64,000 nt of DNA from an uncultured Gammaproteobacteria bacterium (GTDB lineage: Bacteria; Patescibacteriota; Microgenomatia; UBA8517), in the NCBI GenBank assembly GCA_964526015.1, contig CAZGHY010000001.1, forward strand, positions 13,833 through 77,832, given 5' to 3'. The notes under the pieces were generated by a model. That model saw nothing but the letters and a program-made list of their open reading frames with translations, was not told where the DNA came from and ran no database searches. Position numbers and translations under genes: made by a program. Positions 51,884-62,836 of this stretch are shown piece by piece; the first letter of the stretch is position 1, and every line of letters starts with the position of its first letter.

Positions 51884-54800
51884 ATGGCTAATATTCGTTC
51901 GATAAACGAAATTATAAGTGCTCTTATAGATTATTTTAAAATAGCACAACCTGATTTAGATACTAAACCTGCAACGGTTGAAAGAGACGTATTTATTGAT
52001 GCACCAGCATCTCAATTAAGCTTGGTATATGAAGAACTATCAAGAATAAGCAATATTCAATCTATCAGATCAGCTAATGGCGCTGATTTAGATAAAATAG
52101 GGGCCAATTATGGCATTACTAGAAAAAGTGGCGCCCAATCTTCTGGTATTGCCATACTAACCTTTTCTTCTATTCCAGCTTCAGTAGCTATATCAGCTGG
52201 AAGCAACGTATTTTCAAATAACAATGTAAGCTTCTCAGTCGCTAGTTCTTTATCAGTTCTACCAACCCAAACAAACTACTATAAATCAATTGCCACTAAA
52301 TATAGATCTGATCTAGACTTTGTTGGAATTTCTGATCAATATGCCGTAGAAGTTACAGTTCAATCAACTGTTTCAGGCAGTTCTGGAAATATTGCCAAAT
52401 ACGCTTTAAATTCAACAACTATTGCTGGTGTTAGCAATGTAACTAATGTTAGTCAATTTTCAGGTGGTTCAGATCAAGAGTCTGATGCGTCTTATAGAAA
52501 CAGAATTCTTTCAATATTTAGTGGATCTAATATTGGTACAGCAGTAGGCTATAAAAACGTGGCTTTGTCAGATGCAAGCGTTTTAGATGCTATTGTAATT
52601 CAACCCGGCGATGTATTAATGACCAGAGATGGTACCATTGTTGAAACAAGTTCAACAGGTGCAAAAACAATAGTATCAGAAGGCACTGGTGGTAAGGTAG
52701 ATGTTGTAATTTTAGGAACAAGAACCGCTGATAATATTGATACTTTTATCTATCGTGATAAAAGCAATACTGGCGATGCCACAAATTCTAAAAATGATAT
52801 AGTTTTAGGTCAAATAGATGGAGATCAAAATAAAACTATTACTCGTAAAAAAATTGATGAAATCAATAATGCGCAATTACCAGCACAGCCTGTAGATTCA
52901 GTCTCACAAGTTTCTGGAACATCTAGCGGCTCTAATTTTATACCAAAATCAACAGATTCATTAGGAAGAGTTTCTGGAAATTATGAAATAATTCCTGATA
53001 CAAGTTCATATAGTGGAAGTCCTTTTGGATTTGATAAATTCCATTGGATCTCAAATCAAATAAGCGACTTTGATGAAGATAAAGTCAAAGGCCAATTTAA
53101 TGGTCAAGATCAATTAAACTTTTCTGATTTTATAGCCTCTAATAAATTAACTCAAAATATATTAATTACTAATGAAAATAGTACAATATACTCTAGCGAT
53201 AGATCAATTATTATTCTAGCTCACACTCCAATTACAAATGTAACAAGAGTATTTAATGTTACTACTGGTGAAACATATACAGTTGTTTCACAAAACCCTG
53301 ATGGCAGCGGTTCTATTAATGAGACTGGTAGAATTAAAGTATCAGGAAATAACTTACCAGCGTTAAGCGATACACTTCAAGTAGATTATGAGTGGATTTT
53401 CTCTTATGATCCTTATGTTGACTATGATGGTAAGCTTAATGATTATAATTTAAGAACTCCTGGTGATAATATTGACTGGGGAATGTCAAATTTAGTTAAA
53501 GGTGAGTTAGTAAAATTCACTAGAAACTCAAGCAACACTTATTTTAATGGTACATCAACGCATCCAGTTTCTGCAATAGTTTCATCAAATGTATTTTCAG
53601 AAATAGATGGCGTTGTTGAGTTAAATCTCACCGATTTTGCTGGCAGAAAAGTTGTAACAATAACAGATTTACCTGAAGAATTTACATCATTAGAATATGC
53701 TTATTTAAAAAATACATTCAAAGAGTGTTATCATACAAATGATAATGACGGAATTTTTTCAAGCTCAAGAGTAGTAATAAACTCCACTATCAGATATCAG
53801 GCAACAATAGTTCTTCCTTCTGACACAATTGCAAAAGAAGGCGATACTGTTACCTTTGTATATAATACAACCGACATCTTTACAGTAAACAGTTCAACTG
53901 GAAACTTTTTGTTAAATCAAATAACAATTCCAGTAGCAAACTATACAACTACATCAAATTCTTTTTATTGTTATGTAAATTACATAGCTAATGTTCAACA
54001 ATTATTTTCAACATTAATAACTGGACTAAGCGCTTCTAGATTAGGTAATGGCTTTATCAATAATACAGCCAAGACTCAAGACTTTAATATAGAGTCAGTA
54101 TTAAAATCAGAGAATGCCACTATACAAGCTTCAGGGTTAAATTTTACAGTTACACTAACTGCTAATTCTCAAACCACATATTTAGATGGCTATTCAGTTT
54201 TTAAGGTTATTAGATTATCTGACAATTTAGATTTGTGGAATAGTAATAATTTAGGCACAGTTTCTACAGATATCAGCGGTTATTATTATTTAACTCTATC
54301 TGGTCTAAATGCACCTGCAACAAATGAAAAAGTTTTAGTATTATACTATGCAAATGATGTTGCGCAATTCCAACCATTTACATTTGCTAACAAAATATTC
54401 TTTAACTACAAAACTCAAGTTCAATATAATTCCATTGATGGTTATTATTTAGATTTATTTTCTTTTACAGATGAAGCAGCAGTTTCTTTTAATTTATTTA
54501 ATACTAATGATGATTCATTGGCTGGCTCTGCAACAGATGGTGTGATAACTGGATTAACAAATCAATCATGTTATTTATACTCTACTTCTTTAAACTTTAG
54601 CTCTATCGCTAATTTACTTGGTAAAAAAGTAAATATAGTGTCTGGATCTAATGAAGGTATATATGATGTCATTGCCTATGATTTGGTTTCAAATAAAATT
54701 ACCTTAAATGTATCTTTTGATAATATCAATTTATCTCAAATAGCTGCTATCAGAATATCTGATGGACAAGAAATTTGGAGTAGTGATGGTATAATTGATT

Positions 54801-55960
54801 TAGAAAATAATAAATTGTTATTGCCAAATATCAATTTTACAACCAACATACCATTGTCTGAAACTTTAGCTATCTTTTATACATCAAAACAATTAAAAGC
54901 TGGTTTGACTAATTTAAATACTACATTAACAGACCAAACAAATCAAAATGGCATCTTAACATTTGCTGGTACCACAATAACTAAAGGTGTAGACATTGTA
55001 TTTAATGCTACACAAAGTAGCTTGAGACAAAGTTTAAGTGAAGCTATTAGAAATGTTCTAGGTCTATCTTCTATAACAGAAATACCATCTACAGTTAGCT
55101 TAGTTAGATTAGTAAAATTAGAAAAAGTAGAAGCTACATCAGCTAATGAAGTTCTTTCTGTATATACAACCTATGATGTTAAAAATTATTCTATAGCTAA
55201 TGATGCTTTTTATAAAACCGAAATAAATAAATTAGATGATGTTTCTCCAGCATTATCTAATTTTGATGTAATTTTACCAAGTTCAACAACCAACACAGAT
55301 AATACACCAAGTGTTGGAGATAAGCTAAGAGCTACTTTCTATATTTGTAAATCAGGTGATACAGAAAGCTTATCTTTCACAAAGAACTCTACTCTATATA
55401 CAAATAAAAAGTTTGCCTTGATAGACTCTATCTATGTCTCCAGCGGATTTAATAATACTTCATCTGCTAGATTCAATATAGTAAATGCAAATCAACCAAA
55501 CACTGGCTCAAGATATAAGGCATACTACGATTATACAGCGCCAAAAACAAATGAAAGAATTATTATACGTTACATTTATAATAAATTAATTTCAGATGTA
55601 ACATTTAATGTAGAAGAAAATAAGCCAATTAACGCAGACGTTCTAGTTAGAAGTGCAGTTCCTATAAAAGTTGATGCTACAGTTAATATTGTTGTGAATG
55701 CAGATCAATTAAGTTCTTCAAGTTTAGTTGCTCAAAATGTAAAAGACGCATTAATTTCTGCTATTAATACTAATATTCTGGGAGATATCTTAGACTCTTC
55801 TACATTAATAGTAGTGGCTCAAGAAACTACTGGTGTTGATAGAGCTAGATTGTTATATTTTAATCAAGATATGAAATCAGGACAAGTATTATCACTAGAA
55901 GCTAATAAAAACGAATATTTCGTTGCAAACGATATAGTTGTTAACTTAGAAACAAGATAA
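51884..55960 (+). CDS. Baseplate_J-like wedge protein (gp6/gpJ/gp47 family), enlarged
   Basis: 1358 aa. N-terminal block ..DVFIDAPASQLSLVYEEL..SANGADLDKIGANYGITRKSGAQSSGIAILTF is typical of Baseplate_J. Confidence 0.65.
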   Translation: MANIRSINEIISALIDYFKIAQPDLDTKPATVERDVFIDAPASQLSLVYEELSRISNIQSIRSANGADLDKIGANYGITRKSGAQSSGIAILTFSSIPASVAISAGSNVFSNNNVSFSVASSLSVLPTQTNYYKSIATKYRSDLDFVGISDQYAVEVTVQSTVSGSSGNIAKYALNSTTIAGVSNVTNVSQFSGGSDQESDASYRNRILSIFSGSNIGTAVGYKNVALSDASVLDAIVIQPGDVLMTRDGTIVETSSTGAKTIVSEGTGGKVDVVILGTRTADNIDTFIYRDKSNTGDATNSKNDIVLGQIDGDQNKTITRKKIDEINNAQLPAQPVDSVSQVSGTSSGSNFIPKSTDSLGRVSGNYEIIPDTSSYSGSPFGFDKFHWISNQISDFDEDKVKGQFNGQDQLNFSDFIASNKLTQNILITNENSTIYSSDRSIIILAHTPITNVTRVFNVTTGETYTVVSQNPDGSGSINETGRIKVSGNNLPALSDTLQVDYEWIFSYDPYVDYDGKLNDYNLRTPGDNIDWGMSNLVKGELVKFTRNSSNTYFNGTSTHPVSAIVSSNVFSEIDGVVELNLTDFAGRKVVTITDLPEEFTSLEYAYLKNTFKECYHTNDNDGIFSSSRVVINSTIRYQATIVLPSDTIAKEGDTVTFVYNTTDIFTVNSSTGNFLLNQITIPVANYTTTSNSFYCYVNYIANVQQLFSTLITGLSASRLGNGFINNTAKTQDFNIESVLKSENATIQASGLNFTVTLTANSQTTYLDGYSVFKVIRLSDNLDLWNSNNLGTVSTDISGYYYLTLSGLNAPATNEKVLVLYYANDVAQFQPFTFANKIFFNYKTQVQYNSIDGYYLDLFSFTDEAAVSFNLFNTNDDSLAGSATDGVITGLTNQSCYLYSTSLNFSSIANLLGKKVNIVSGSNEGIYDVIAYDLVSNKITLNVSFDNINLSQIAAIRISDGQEIWSSDGIIDLENNKLLLPNINFTTNIPLSETLAIFYTSKQLKAGLTNLNTTLTDQTNQNGILTFAGTTITKGVDIVFNATQSSLRQSLSEAIRNVLGLSSITEIPSTVSLVRLVKLEKVEATSANEVLSVYTTYDVKNYSIANDAFYKTEINKLDDVSPALSNFDVILPSSTTNTDNTPSVGDKLRATFYICKSGDTESLSFTKNSTLYTNKKFALIDSIYVSSGFNNTSSARFNIVNANQPNTGSRYKAYYDYTAPKTNERIIIRYIYNKLISDVTFNVEENKPINADVLVRSAVPIKVDATVNIVVNADQLSSSSLVAQNVKDALISAINTNILGDILDSSTLIVVAQETTGVDRARLLYFNQDMKSGQVLSLEANKNEYFVANDIVVNLETR

Positions 55961-55964
55961 ATAA

Positions 55965-58900
55965 ATGAAAGTATTAAAACCAACCGAAATAATAGTTGAC
56001 ACAAGTACAACTATGACTGCGGTATTTCCAATTAGTTTAAATACAAGTATAACTAAAGATAATATTTCTATCACTCCAGTCTTTTCCAATATACCTACCC
56101 CAATAATAAAAGATGCGAAAGTTGATAATAATGAAATATTAATAACTTGTCAACCATTAACTCCATTTGCCCAATATACATTAACTTTCTTTTCTACTTC
56201 TAGTGTATTATTTACATCTTTAGACAATACATACATTGTACCTAATGATAATGTAAACAATGTTCTTAAATTTTATGGACCAATAAATCCAGAAGATCCA
56301 TTTAAGTCATCGTTTGAAACTTTCTTTTCTTCAAACATTTATGACTATACAAGAAACACAACTATTGGTAAAAACATAGAAATACTTTCTACTTTTCTAT
56401 CAAAAAGTGTCTATGATATTAGACAAAGTAAGAATGAAAATTATTTATCATTTGATATTTCAAATGAACAAAAGACCCGTGGTGCTGGACCATTTGATAG
56501 ATTAAATGAAGAAGGTGCATATGAAGTTTCAAAAGTTAGCAGAGTATTAGATAATACAAACTTTAGTGGATCATTAGTATATGATGAATTCCCTTCAACA
56601 GTTATTTCATTACAAGAAACAGAAAACCAAGAAGAAATAACTTTATCATCTACTTATGATAAGAAAACTTTAAACATTAATGATTTAATAATTACACTAT
56701 CTAAAACTCCTGTAATTAAATTAAACTCTTTAGTTTTTACATATTACAGTAGCAGCACATATGCCTATCCAATTGAAACTGTTGGATACCAGGTTAAAGA
56801 TTATAAATATGATGGTTATGCTTTTGGATTATTAACTCTTGAAGATAACCAAATTAAACTAAGTGATAAGATTCTACAAGACAGCACTTTTTCTTTAGAG
56901 AATATTTTCAAAATAACTATAAACTATAGCTATAAAGATCTAGGTAAAACTATAGATACTAGCACAGTAAGTATTTATTCTATTTTTACAAAGAATAGAG
57001 AAGTATTAGCTTCTGTTTCAAATGTTGTCAATTTAAAAAATTCTACAATAGTAAAATCTGATAATAGCGTTCCAACTTTAGCTGGCATAACATTTATAGA
57101 TCCAAACACACTTGAATCTTTAAATACAAAACATCCAGCTTTTAAATATGAACTAGTATATAGACTAGAATATCTTCCAGCCAAAGCTGGAGAGTATTCA
57201 GTAGATTATTCTGTTGGCACAATATATGTGTTTGGAGAAGATTCTAAAAATACTGGTACAGGAATGTATCCTCCATTAGCCACTTATAAATATAGGGCTA
57301 CATATATAGAGGGTTTAGACTATGTTATTGATACTGATACATATGATGTAGTTGCACTTCCAAATGGCAGCTTAATTGATCAAGAAGCCACAATATCATT
57401 TACCTATGAATATGGTTTATACAACGGCATTGACTTCAAAGCTAATTTACACAAAGAGTCTTTACAAGAACGTGTTAAAAACAAATTAATAAATTTAGGC
57501 ACACTACAAACAGATTATTCACCTATCACAGATGTATTTGAAGTTTTCAATGAAACAAGTGGAGAAAAATATCCAGTTGTAAGATGGGATAATTCAAAAA
57601 TTTATTTTGACTATAATAATGCTCCTACTACTGAGTCAATTACAGATGAAACAGCTAAATTTCTAACAATATCAAATGAAAAGTTAATTGTATCAGAAGT
57701 TTTAACTTCACCATATGTTGGAAAAGTTATCTTTAAAACACAATTACTTAATACAAATGTTATAGCTGCATCACAAGACTCTATAGGGTATAATCAAAAT
57801 ACCTCTGTTAGTTTATCTAGCAGTGATGTTTTTATAAATGAAAAATACTTTGATTTTACAGATGATTTAACAAATAACTTATTATCATTAACTACATTAG
57901 GCGATTATTTAGTAGACTATGTTAATGGTACTTTGTATGTTTTAGTATACAATACACAAAGTTTAGATATTGGAACTATACAATATAAAACAAATAAAAT
58001 TGAAACTGTAAATGATCATATACTAAGCGTTGAAGATATTTTCAATATTATTAATCCTTTAGATGCGCCACAAAAAACATATGCTTATACATCATTTGAT
58101 GATACTACTATTTTATTTGATGAAGCAGTACAAGCAAATGAAAACTATTTATTAACTGATCCAACAAGATATTATTTCAATGACTCAAGTTCTGTTGGCA
58201 CATATAATGTTGCTACATTTGAACCTGGCGTTTCAAATAATATAAAGGCTCTTAGAGGAATTTGGGAGTTTAGCGATTTAAAAAATAATAAATACCCATT
58301 AAACTTTGCACTATTTGCTTCTTTTACAGATAATCTAATTACTCTTGGATCATATACAAAACAAGAATTTCATGTAATAAACCAAGACTTATTAAGTCAA
58401 TATTATGTTGATTTAAATATCAATTTAGATTATATTTCATCTAATATCAATTACAATATTCAAGTAATTAGATTATCAGATAGTCAAGACCTTTGGGATG
58501 GCACTGGAACTATTACTGTTGGAGCGCCTGTCAGATTAATTCTACCAAATACTTTTTCACCAGCTTCTGGAGAAACCGTAATAGTAATTTTGACTTGGTC
58601 AATTAATAGTGCTTCAAGACTAATTGTTGATTATGATAGAGGTGATCTTAAAGTAGATTATACTTATCTAAAAGACGAAATTGTTATTAGCTATGAGTAT
58701 GGAGATAATTATTTAGACTTTAGAGAAAGCGATACTTTGTCAGAGGGTGATACTTATTATGTGTCATATAAAGCTGGCGGATTAAGAAATGCTTTATTGA
58801 AAAACTTTGGCAGTTTAACAACCATATCTTTATTAAATAACATTGACACATCTTTCCCAAGAGAAATATATAGAGATGCATTATCTGCAGCATTCTCATC

Positions 58901-61900
58901 TGCTGCTTTAGGAACAAGCAAGTCTGCAATCTCAAATATAGTAGAAAAAATAGTACATACTCCACCAGAAATTTTAGAAGCTGCTTTATTTTCTTGGATA
59001 TTAAATCAAAACTATTTGTTTTTAAGCAAACCAGCTACATCAGGTACATTTGAATTACAGCCCGGAAAATTTGGCAATGGAGTTTTAATTAACTCAGATT
59101 CTCAATCAATTACTATTCCAATCTCTTCTAATTTCAGATTAGAAGAAGGCTCATTTGAAACATGGGTAGTTCCACAATGGGACGGTATTGATAATGATGC
59201 TGCATTAGAAATTAAAATTTTAGTTAATAATCAAAACATCTTAGAAAGAGATGTTTATTTTGGCAGTTTAGAAAAACATTATAATAGAACTGTAGATAAA
59301 AATAATAATAGTTATTTCACAGTGTCAAAAAGTGATGGTAAAGGAATTCCTAACAAAAACAAAAATGGTGTATTCGTTTATTATGATCTAGACGCTTCAC
59401 AAGAGTTCTACAGATGGTTCATTTCTGTAAATGATGATGGCTACTCAAGCTATGGCGTAATCAATACTTACAATATAGAAGTTAAAACGGATGGCGAGTT
59501 TTATGATACCAAGCTTACTAGCTCATTAGATGGATATTCATTAACCACTGGCTTGTCTAAAATCAAGTATAAGTTTACTAATACAAATATTGATGAGTCT
59601 ATCTTAACATTCGTTGCAGATAAAAATCATTATGTAATAGATTTTGGTGAAGATAAGACAAAAAACAGATTCTCTCTATTTAAAGACCCAAGCGGGTATT
59701 TAAACTTAAAAGTGTTTGATAAAAACAAAATGTTTGCTCAAGTTAGCTCTAATGTTTCTACTTGGAAGAAAGGCGAGAAACATTTTATAGCTGCATCATG
59801 GAATCTAAGCTCTCCAAATAAAAGAGATGAAATACATTTATTTGTTGATGGACAAGAAGTATTTAATAATTTGAATTATGGTCTAAAAATAAATCCATAT
59901 TTACATCAAAAATATAAGACTATTGGACAAGAAGAGTTTGTTGGAGTGATTCCAAAAAACATAGTTGGAGGAATAGATCTTACAACTTCATCAGGATCAA
60001 ATATAGTAAGCTCATTAACTAATTTTGGTTCTGCTGGTATAACTGCTGGTGATATCATTATTATTGATGAGCCAGGATTTAATGCTCTTGGTTATACAAT
60101 TATCACTGTATTTGGACAATCATTAACATTGTCAAGTTCAATGCCTGCCACATTAACTGATGGCAATTTTACAATTAATTCTACATCTATTACAACTGAA
60201 ACACCTGTTGATGTTTATCCAAATTTTGCCGTAGCATTATTACATTCTTCATTAACTGGAACACTTGACACAAGTGCAACATCAAATATAGTAACTTCTG
60301 GCGTAAACTTTATTTTAAATAATGTTGCTCCAGGTTATTTTATAAGAATAGATGATCCAACATTAGAAAAATATTATACAATATTAAGCGTTTCAATAAA
60401 TTCATTAGTATTAAATAATACAATACCAATTAACTTAACTGGCGCGACGTTCTATATTTACCCACCAACAGAAGAAGAGATCTCTGGACAAAGAGCTTTA
60501 TATCCATCTTATTCTGTATCAAATGATATTGATAACAATAGCGTTATTACAATAGTTAATAACGCTGATGCTAATGATATCGTTCTAGTTAAAACACTTG
60601 GTTTAAATAACCAACAAATTAAAAAGAAGTCTTATGTATGGGGCAATACCTCAAACATTATTGAGACTACATTAGCTCCGCCAATTAATATTAACACTGT
60701 AAATATTAAGAAGAACATATTAGAGTTAACAAATATTGGTCCTTTAAACTCAACATTATCATTAGGTGTATTTACATCAAATAATCTAACTACATATCAA
60801 CCAACTGAATCTGTATATGGAAGATATTTATCTTTCACAATTGCTGGTACAAACATTGATTTTTCTACCTCTGTGCAGGTCAACATTGTTGGTGATGTCA
60901 GTGAAACTCTAACATTCACTGAAATGGGTACTTTAACTACTGCTAGCAAGTTTAAAACAATCTCTTATGTTCAAGTTGTGTGCAAGCCAGTTAACTCTGC
61001 AAGAAATTGTTTAACTGTATCTGGAGCTGAGACTAATAACATCAATGTTCAAGACGATGCTTTAGCAGAAAAACCTGTAATAAGATATACATATCAAGTA
61101 TTATTTGGAACTAATTTATCTTCATCTGGAAATATTGTTACAGATAATGATAAGTTCTTCTCTGAAGCTTTAGTTGGTAGCTATTTAAGAATAACTAGTC
61201 CATTATCAAGTGTTGGCTATTATCAAATACTAGCTGTTTCAAATGATCATTTATCAATGACAATTGACTCTACACTACCATCATTCACTGGTGGAACTTA
61301 TGAAGTATTAATGTTCACTCCTGAAACATCAGGATTTCAGAATGGCTTTATTGCTTTAGAAAAGACAAGTCAACCAGGACAAAAATTCTTATTAACAGAA
61401 GGAACTTATCAAGTTGATTATCTAACTTACTTAAGCTTACAATTTAATCCATTAGGCCAAAATAGAGTTTATATAGGCACAGATTTTAATCAAGAGAATA
61501 ACTTTAATGGTATTTTAAATCAGTTTAAGACCTTTGCTCAAAAATTAAGAGATGTAAGAACTGGTGAAACTCTAAATGCTCCTAAGTTAACAATAACTAA
61601 AGATTATAATTCTTTAAAACCATTAAAGAATACAAATATTACACTAACATCTCTAACATTTAATGAATACCCATTCATTAATGAGGCGGACTTTTGGGTT
61701 ATTAGAGATAACAAACGCTATATTCAATCATCTTATAGCGTTAATGCTAATTTTGATAAAGCTATTTGTATTAAGAATAGTCCATTAGTTATTGATAATG
61801 AAGGCATCTTCAATACTAATGAAGGCACAATAGAATTTTGGGTATCGCCAATTTATGGTACACTAAATGACCCAAATAAAAGATACTTATTTGATGCAAC

Positions 61901-62816
61901 CAATCTATTATCAGAAACTTATACTTCTGATAGTGTAACTAAAATAATAATTAAAACTGCTGCATCAAGCTTAGAGTCTATCTATTTAACTTATGATGAT
62001 AGCTTTGATTATTCTATTGGCGCAACATTAAGTTCAGATGGCAAAACAATAACCTTAAAAAGAAGATTGCCAAATCAAAACTCGCCTGTTATTGTAAATT
62101 ATATTCCAACTGGATCAAATGGAGATCGTTTATCTATATTTAAAGACGAGTTTGGGTATTTAAATTTCTATGTTAGAGCCACTGATGTTGAAAATAAAAT
62201 AAGAACCTTAATTCCATGGGAACAAAACTCATGGCACAGAATTAAAGCTCAATACAAATTCAATACTAGTAATTCAAGAGACTATATGCGTTTATTTGTA
62301 GATGGCTATGAACGTGTAAATGTTTATGGATCTTATCCATTTGGTTCTGGAATAACTTATGGATCTTCATTTATTGGATTAAAGAACTTATCATATAAAT
62401 CTTTAAAGTTTAAAGATAAGATAAATGAGCTTTATTTTGGCAGCGATTTTAGCGAAGCTAATAAAGCATACGCTATTTTTGACAACATTAAGATAAGTAA
62501 TGTATCAAGACCCATATATTCACCATTTGGAGAAGCAATAGACCCTAATTACTCCTCAACTATTGCTAGTAATTTTCCTGTAACAGAAGATTTATATACT
62601 ACTTATTTAATGGATTTTGATAAAACATTAGAAAAGAAGCATATTTATGATTTTGCTACTATAAAAAATAAGAAAAATGGCTTATTTGATTTTTACTTAA
62701 ATATATTTGATTCTTTTGGTATATTAGCTAGCAATGATAAAGCTAAAATGCTTCTTGAAACTATAATTAGTTCTTTTAAACCCGCTGATTCAAGAGCTTT
62801 TATAACCTATTATTAA
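55965..62816 (+). CDS. Giant baseplate-distal/tail fibre protein with two LamG (concanavalin-like) modules
   Basis: 2283 aa. Duplicated blocks are EEGSFETWVVPQWDG..RFSLFKDPSGYLNLKVFD..HLFVDGQEV (about 59050-59900) and NEGTIEFWVSPIYG..RLSIFKDEFGYLNFYVRA..RLFVDGYER (about 61780-62510). Confidence 0.6.
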   Translation: MKVLKPTEIIVDTSTTMTAVFPISLNTSITKDNISITPVFSNIPTPIIKDAKVDNNEILITCQPLTPFAQYTLTFFSTSSVLFTSLDNTYIVPNDNVNNVLKFYGPINPEDPFKSSFETFFSSNIYDYTRNTTIGKNIEILSTFLSKSVYDIRQSKNENYLSFDISNEQKTRGAGPFDRLNEEGAYEVSKVSRVLDNTNFSGSLVYDEFPSTVISLQETENQEEITLSSTYDKKTLNINDLIITLSKTPVIKLNSLVFTYYSSSTYAYPIETVGYQVKDYKYDGYAFGLLTLEDNQIKLSDKILQDSTFSLENIFKITINYSYKDLGKTIDTSTVSIYSIFTKNREVLASVSNVVNLKNSTIVKSDNSVPTLAGITFIDPNTLESLNTKHPAFKYELVYRLEYLPAKAGEYSVDYSVGTIYVFGEDSKNTGTGMYPPLATYKYRATYIEGLDYVIDTDTYDVVALPNGSLIDQEATISFTYEYGLYNGIDFKANLHKESLQERVKNKLINLGTLQTDYSPITDVFEVFNETSGEKYPVVRWDNSKIYFDYNNAPTTESITDETAKFLTISNEKLIVSEVLTSPYVGKVIFKTQLLNTNVIAASQDSIGYNQNTSVSLSSSDVFINEKYFDFTDDLTNNLLSLTTLGDYLVDYVNGTLYVLVYNTQSLDIGTIQYKTNKIETVNDHILSVEDIFNIINPLDAPQKTYAYTSFDDTTILFDEAVQANENYLLTDPTRYYFNDSSSVGTYNVATFEPGVSNNIKALRGIWEFSDLKNNKYPLNFALFASFTDNLITLGSYTKQEFHVINQDLLSQYYVDLNINLDYISSNINYNIQVIRLSDSQDLWDGTGTITVGAPVRLILPNTFSPASGETVIVILTWSINSASRLIVDYDRGDLKVDYTYLKDEIVISYEYGDNYLDFRESDTLSEGDTYYVSYKAGGLRNALLKNFGSLTTISLLNNIDTSFPREIYRDALSAAFSSAALGTSKSAISNIVEKIVHTPPEILEAALFSWILNQNYLFLSKPATSGTFELQPGKFGNGVLINSDSQSITIPISSNFRLEEGSFETWVVPQWDGIDNDAALEIKILVNNQNILERDVYFGSLEKHYNRTVDKNNNSYFTVSKSDGKGIPNKNKNGVFVYYDLDASQEFYRWFISVNDDGYSSYGVINTYNIEVKTDGEFYDTKLTSSLDGYSLTTGLSKIKYKFTNTNIDESILTFVADKNHYVIDFGEDKTKNRFSLFKDPSGYLNLKVFDKNKMFAQVSSNVSTWKKGEKHFIAASWNLSSPNKRDEIHLFVDGQEVFNNLNYGLKINPYLHQKYKTIGQEEFVGVIPKNIVGGIDLTTSSGSNIVSSLTNFGSAGITAGDIIIIDEPGFNALGYTIITVFGQSLTLSSSMPATLTDGNFTINSTSITTETPVDVYPNFAVALLHSSLTGTLDTSATSNIVTSGVNFILNNVAPGYFIRIDDPTLEKYYTILSVSINSLVLNNTIPINLTGATFYIYPPTEEEISGQRALYPSYSVSNDIDNNSVITIVNNADANDIVLVKTLGLNNQQIKKKSYVWGNTSNIIETTLAPPININTVNIKKNILELTNIGPLNSTLSLGVFTSNNLTTYQPTESVYGRYLSFTIAGTNIDFSTSVQVNIVGDVSETLTFTEMGTLTTASKFKTISYVQVVCKPVNSARNCLTVSGAETNNINVQDDALAEKPVIRYTYQVLFGTNLSSSGNIVTDNDKFFSEALVGSYLRITSPLSSVGYYQILAVSNDHLSMTIDSTLPSFTGGTYEVLMFTPETSGFQNGFIALEKTSQPGQKFLLTEGTYQVDYLTYLSLQFNPLGQNRVYIGTDFNQENNFNGILNQFKTFAQKLRDVRTGETLNAPKLTITKDYNSLKPLKNTNITLTSLTFNEYPFINEADFWVIRDNKRYIQSSYSVNANFDKAICIKNSPLVIDNEGIFNTNEGTIEFWVSPIYGTLNDPNKRYLFDATNLLSETYTSDSVTKIIIKTAASSLESIYLTYDDSFDYSIGATLSSDGKTITLKRRLPNQNSPVIVNYIPTGSNGDRLSIFKDEFGYLNFYVRATDVENKIRTLIPWEQNSWHRIKAQYKFNTSNSRDYMRLFVDGYERVNVYGSYPFGSGITYGSSFIGLKNLSYKSLKFKDKINELYFGSDFSEANKAYAIFDNIKISNVSRPIYSPFGEAIDPNYSSTIASNFPVTEDLYTTYLMDFDKTLEKKHIYDFATIKNKKNGLFDFYLNIFDSFGILASNDKAKMLLETIISSFKPADSRAFITYY

Positions 62817-62836
62817 CACATAAACTTAGACTAAAT

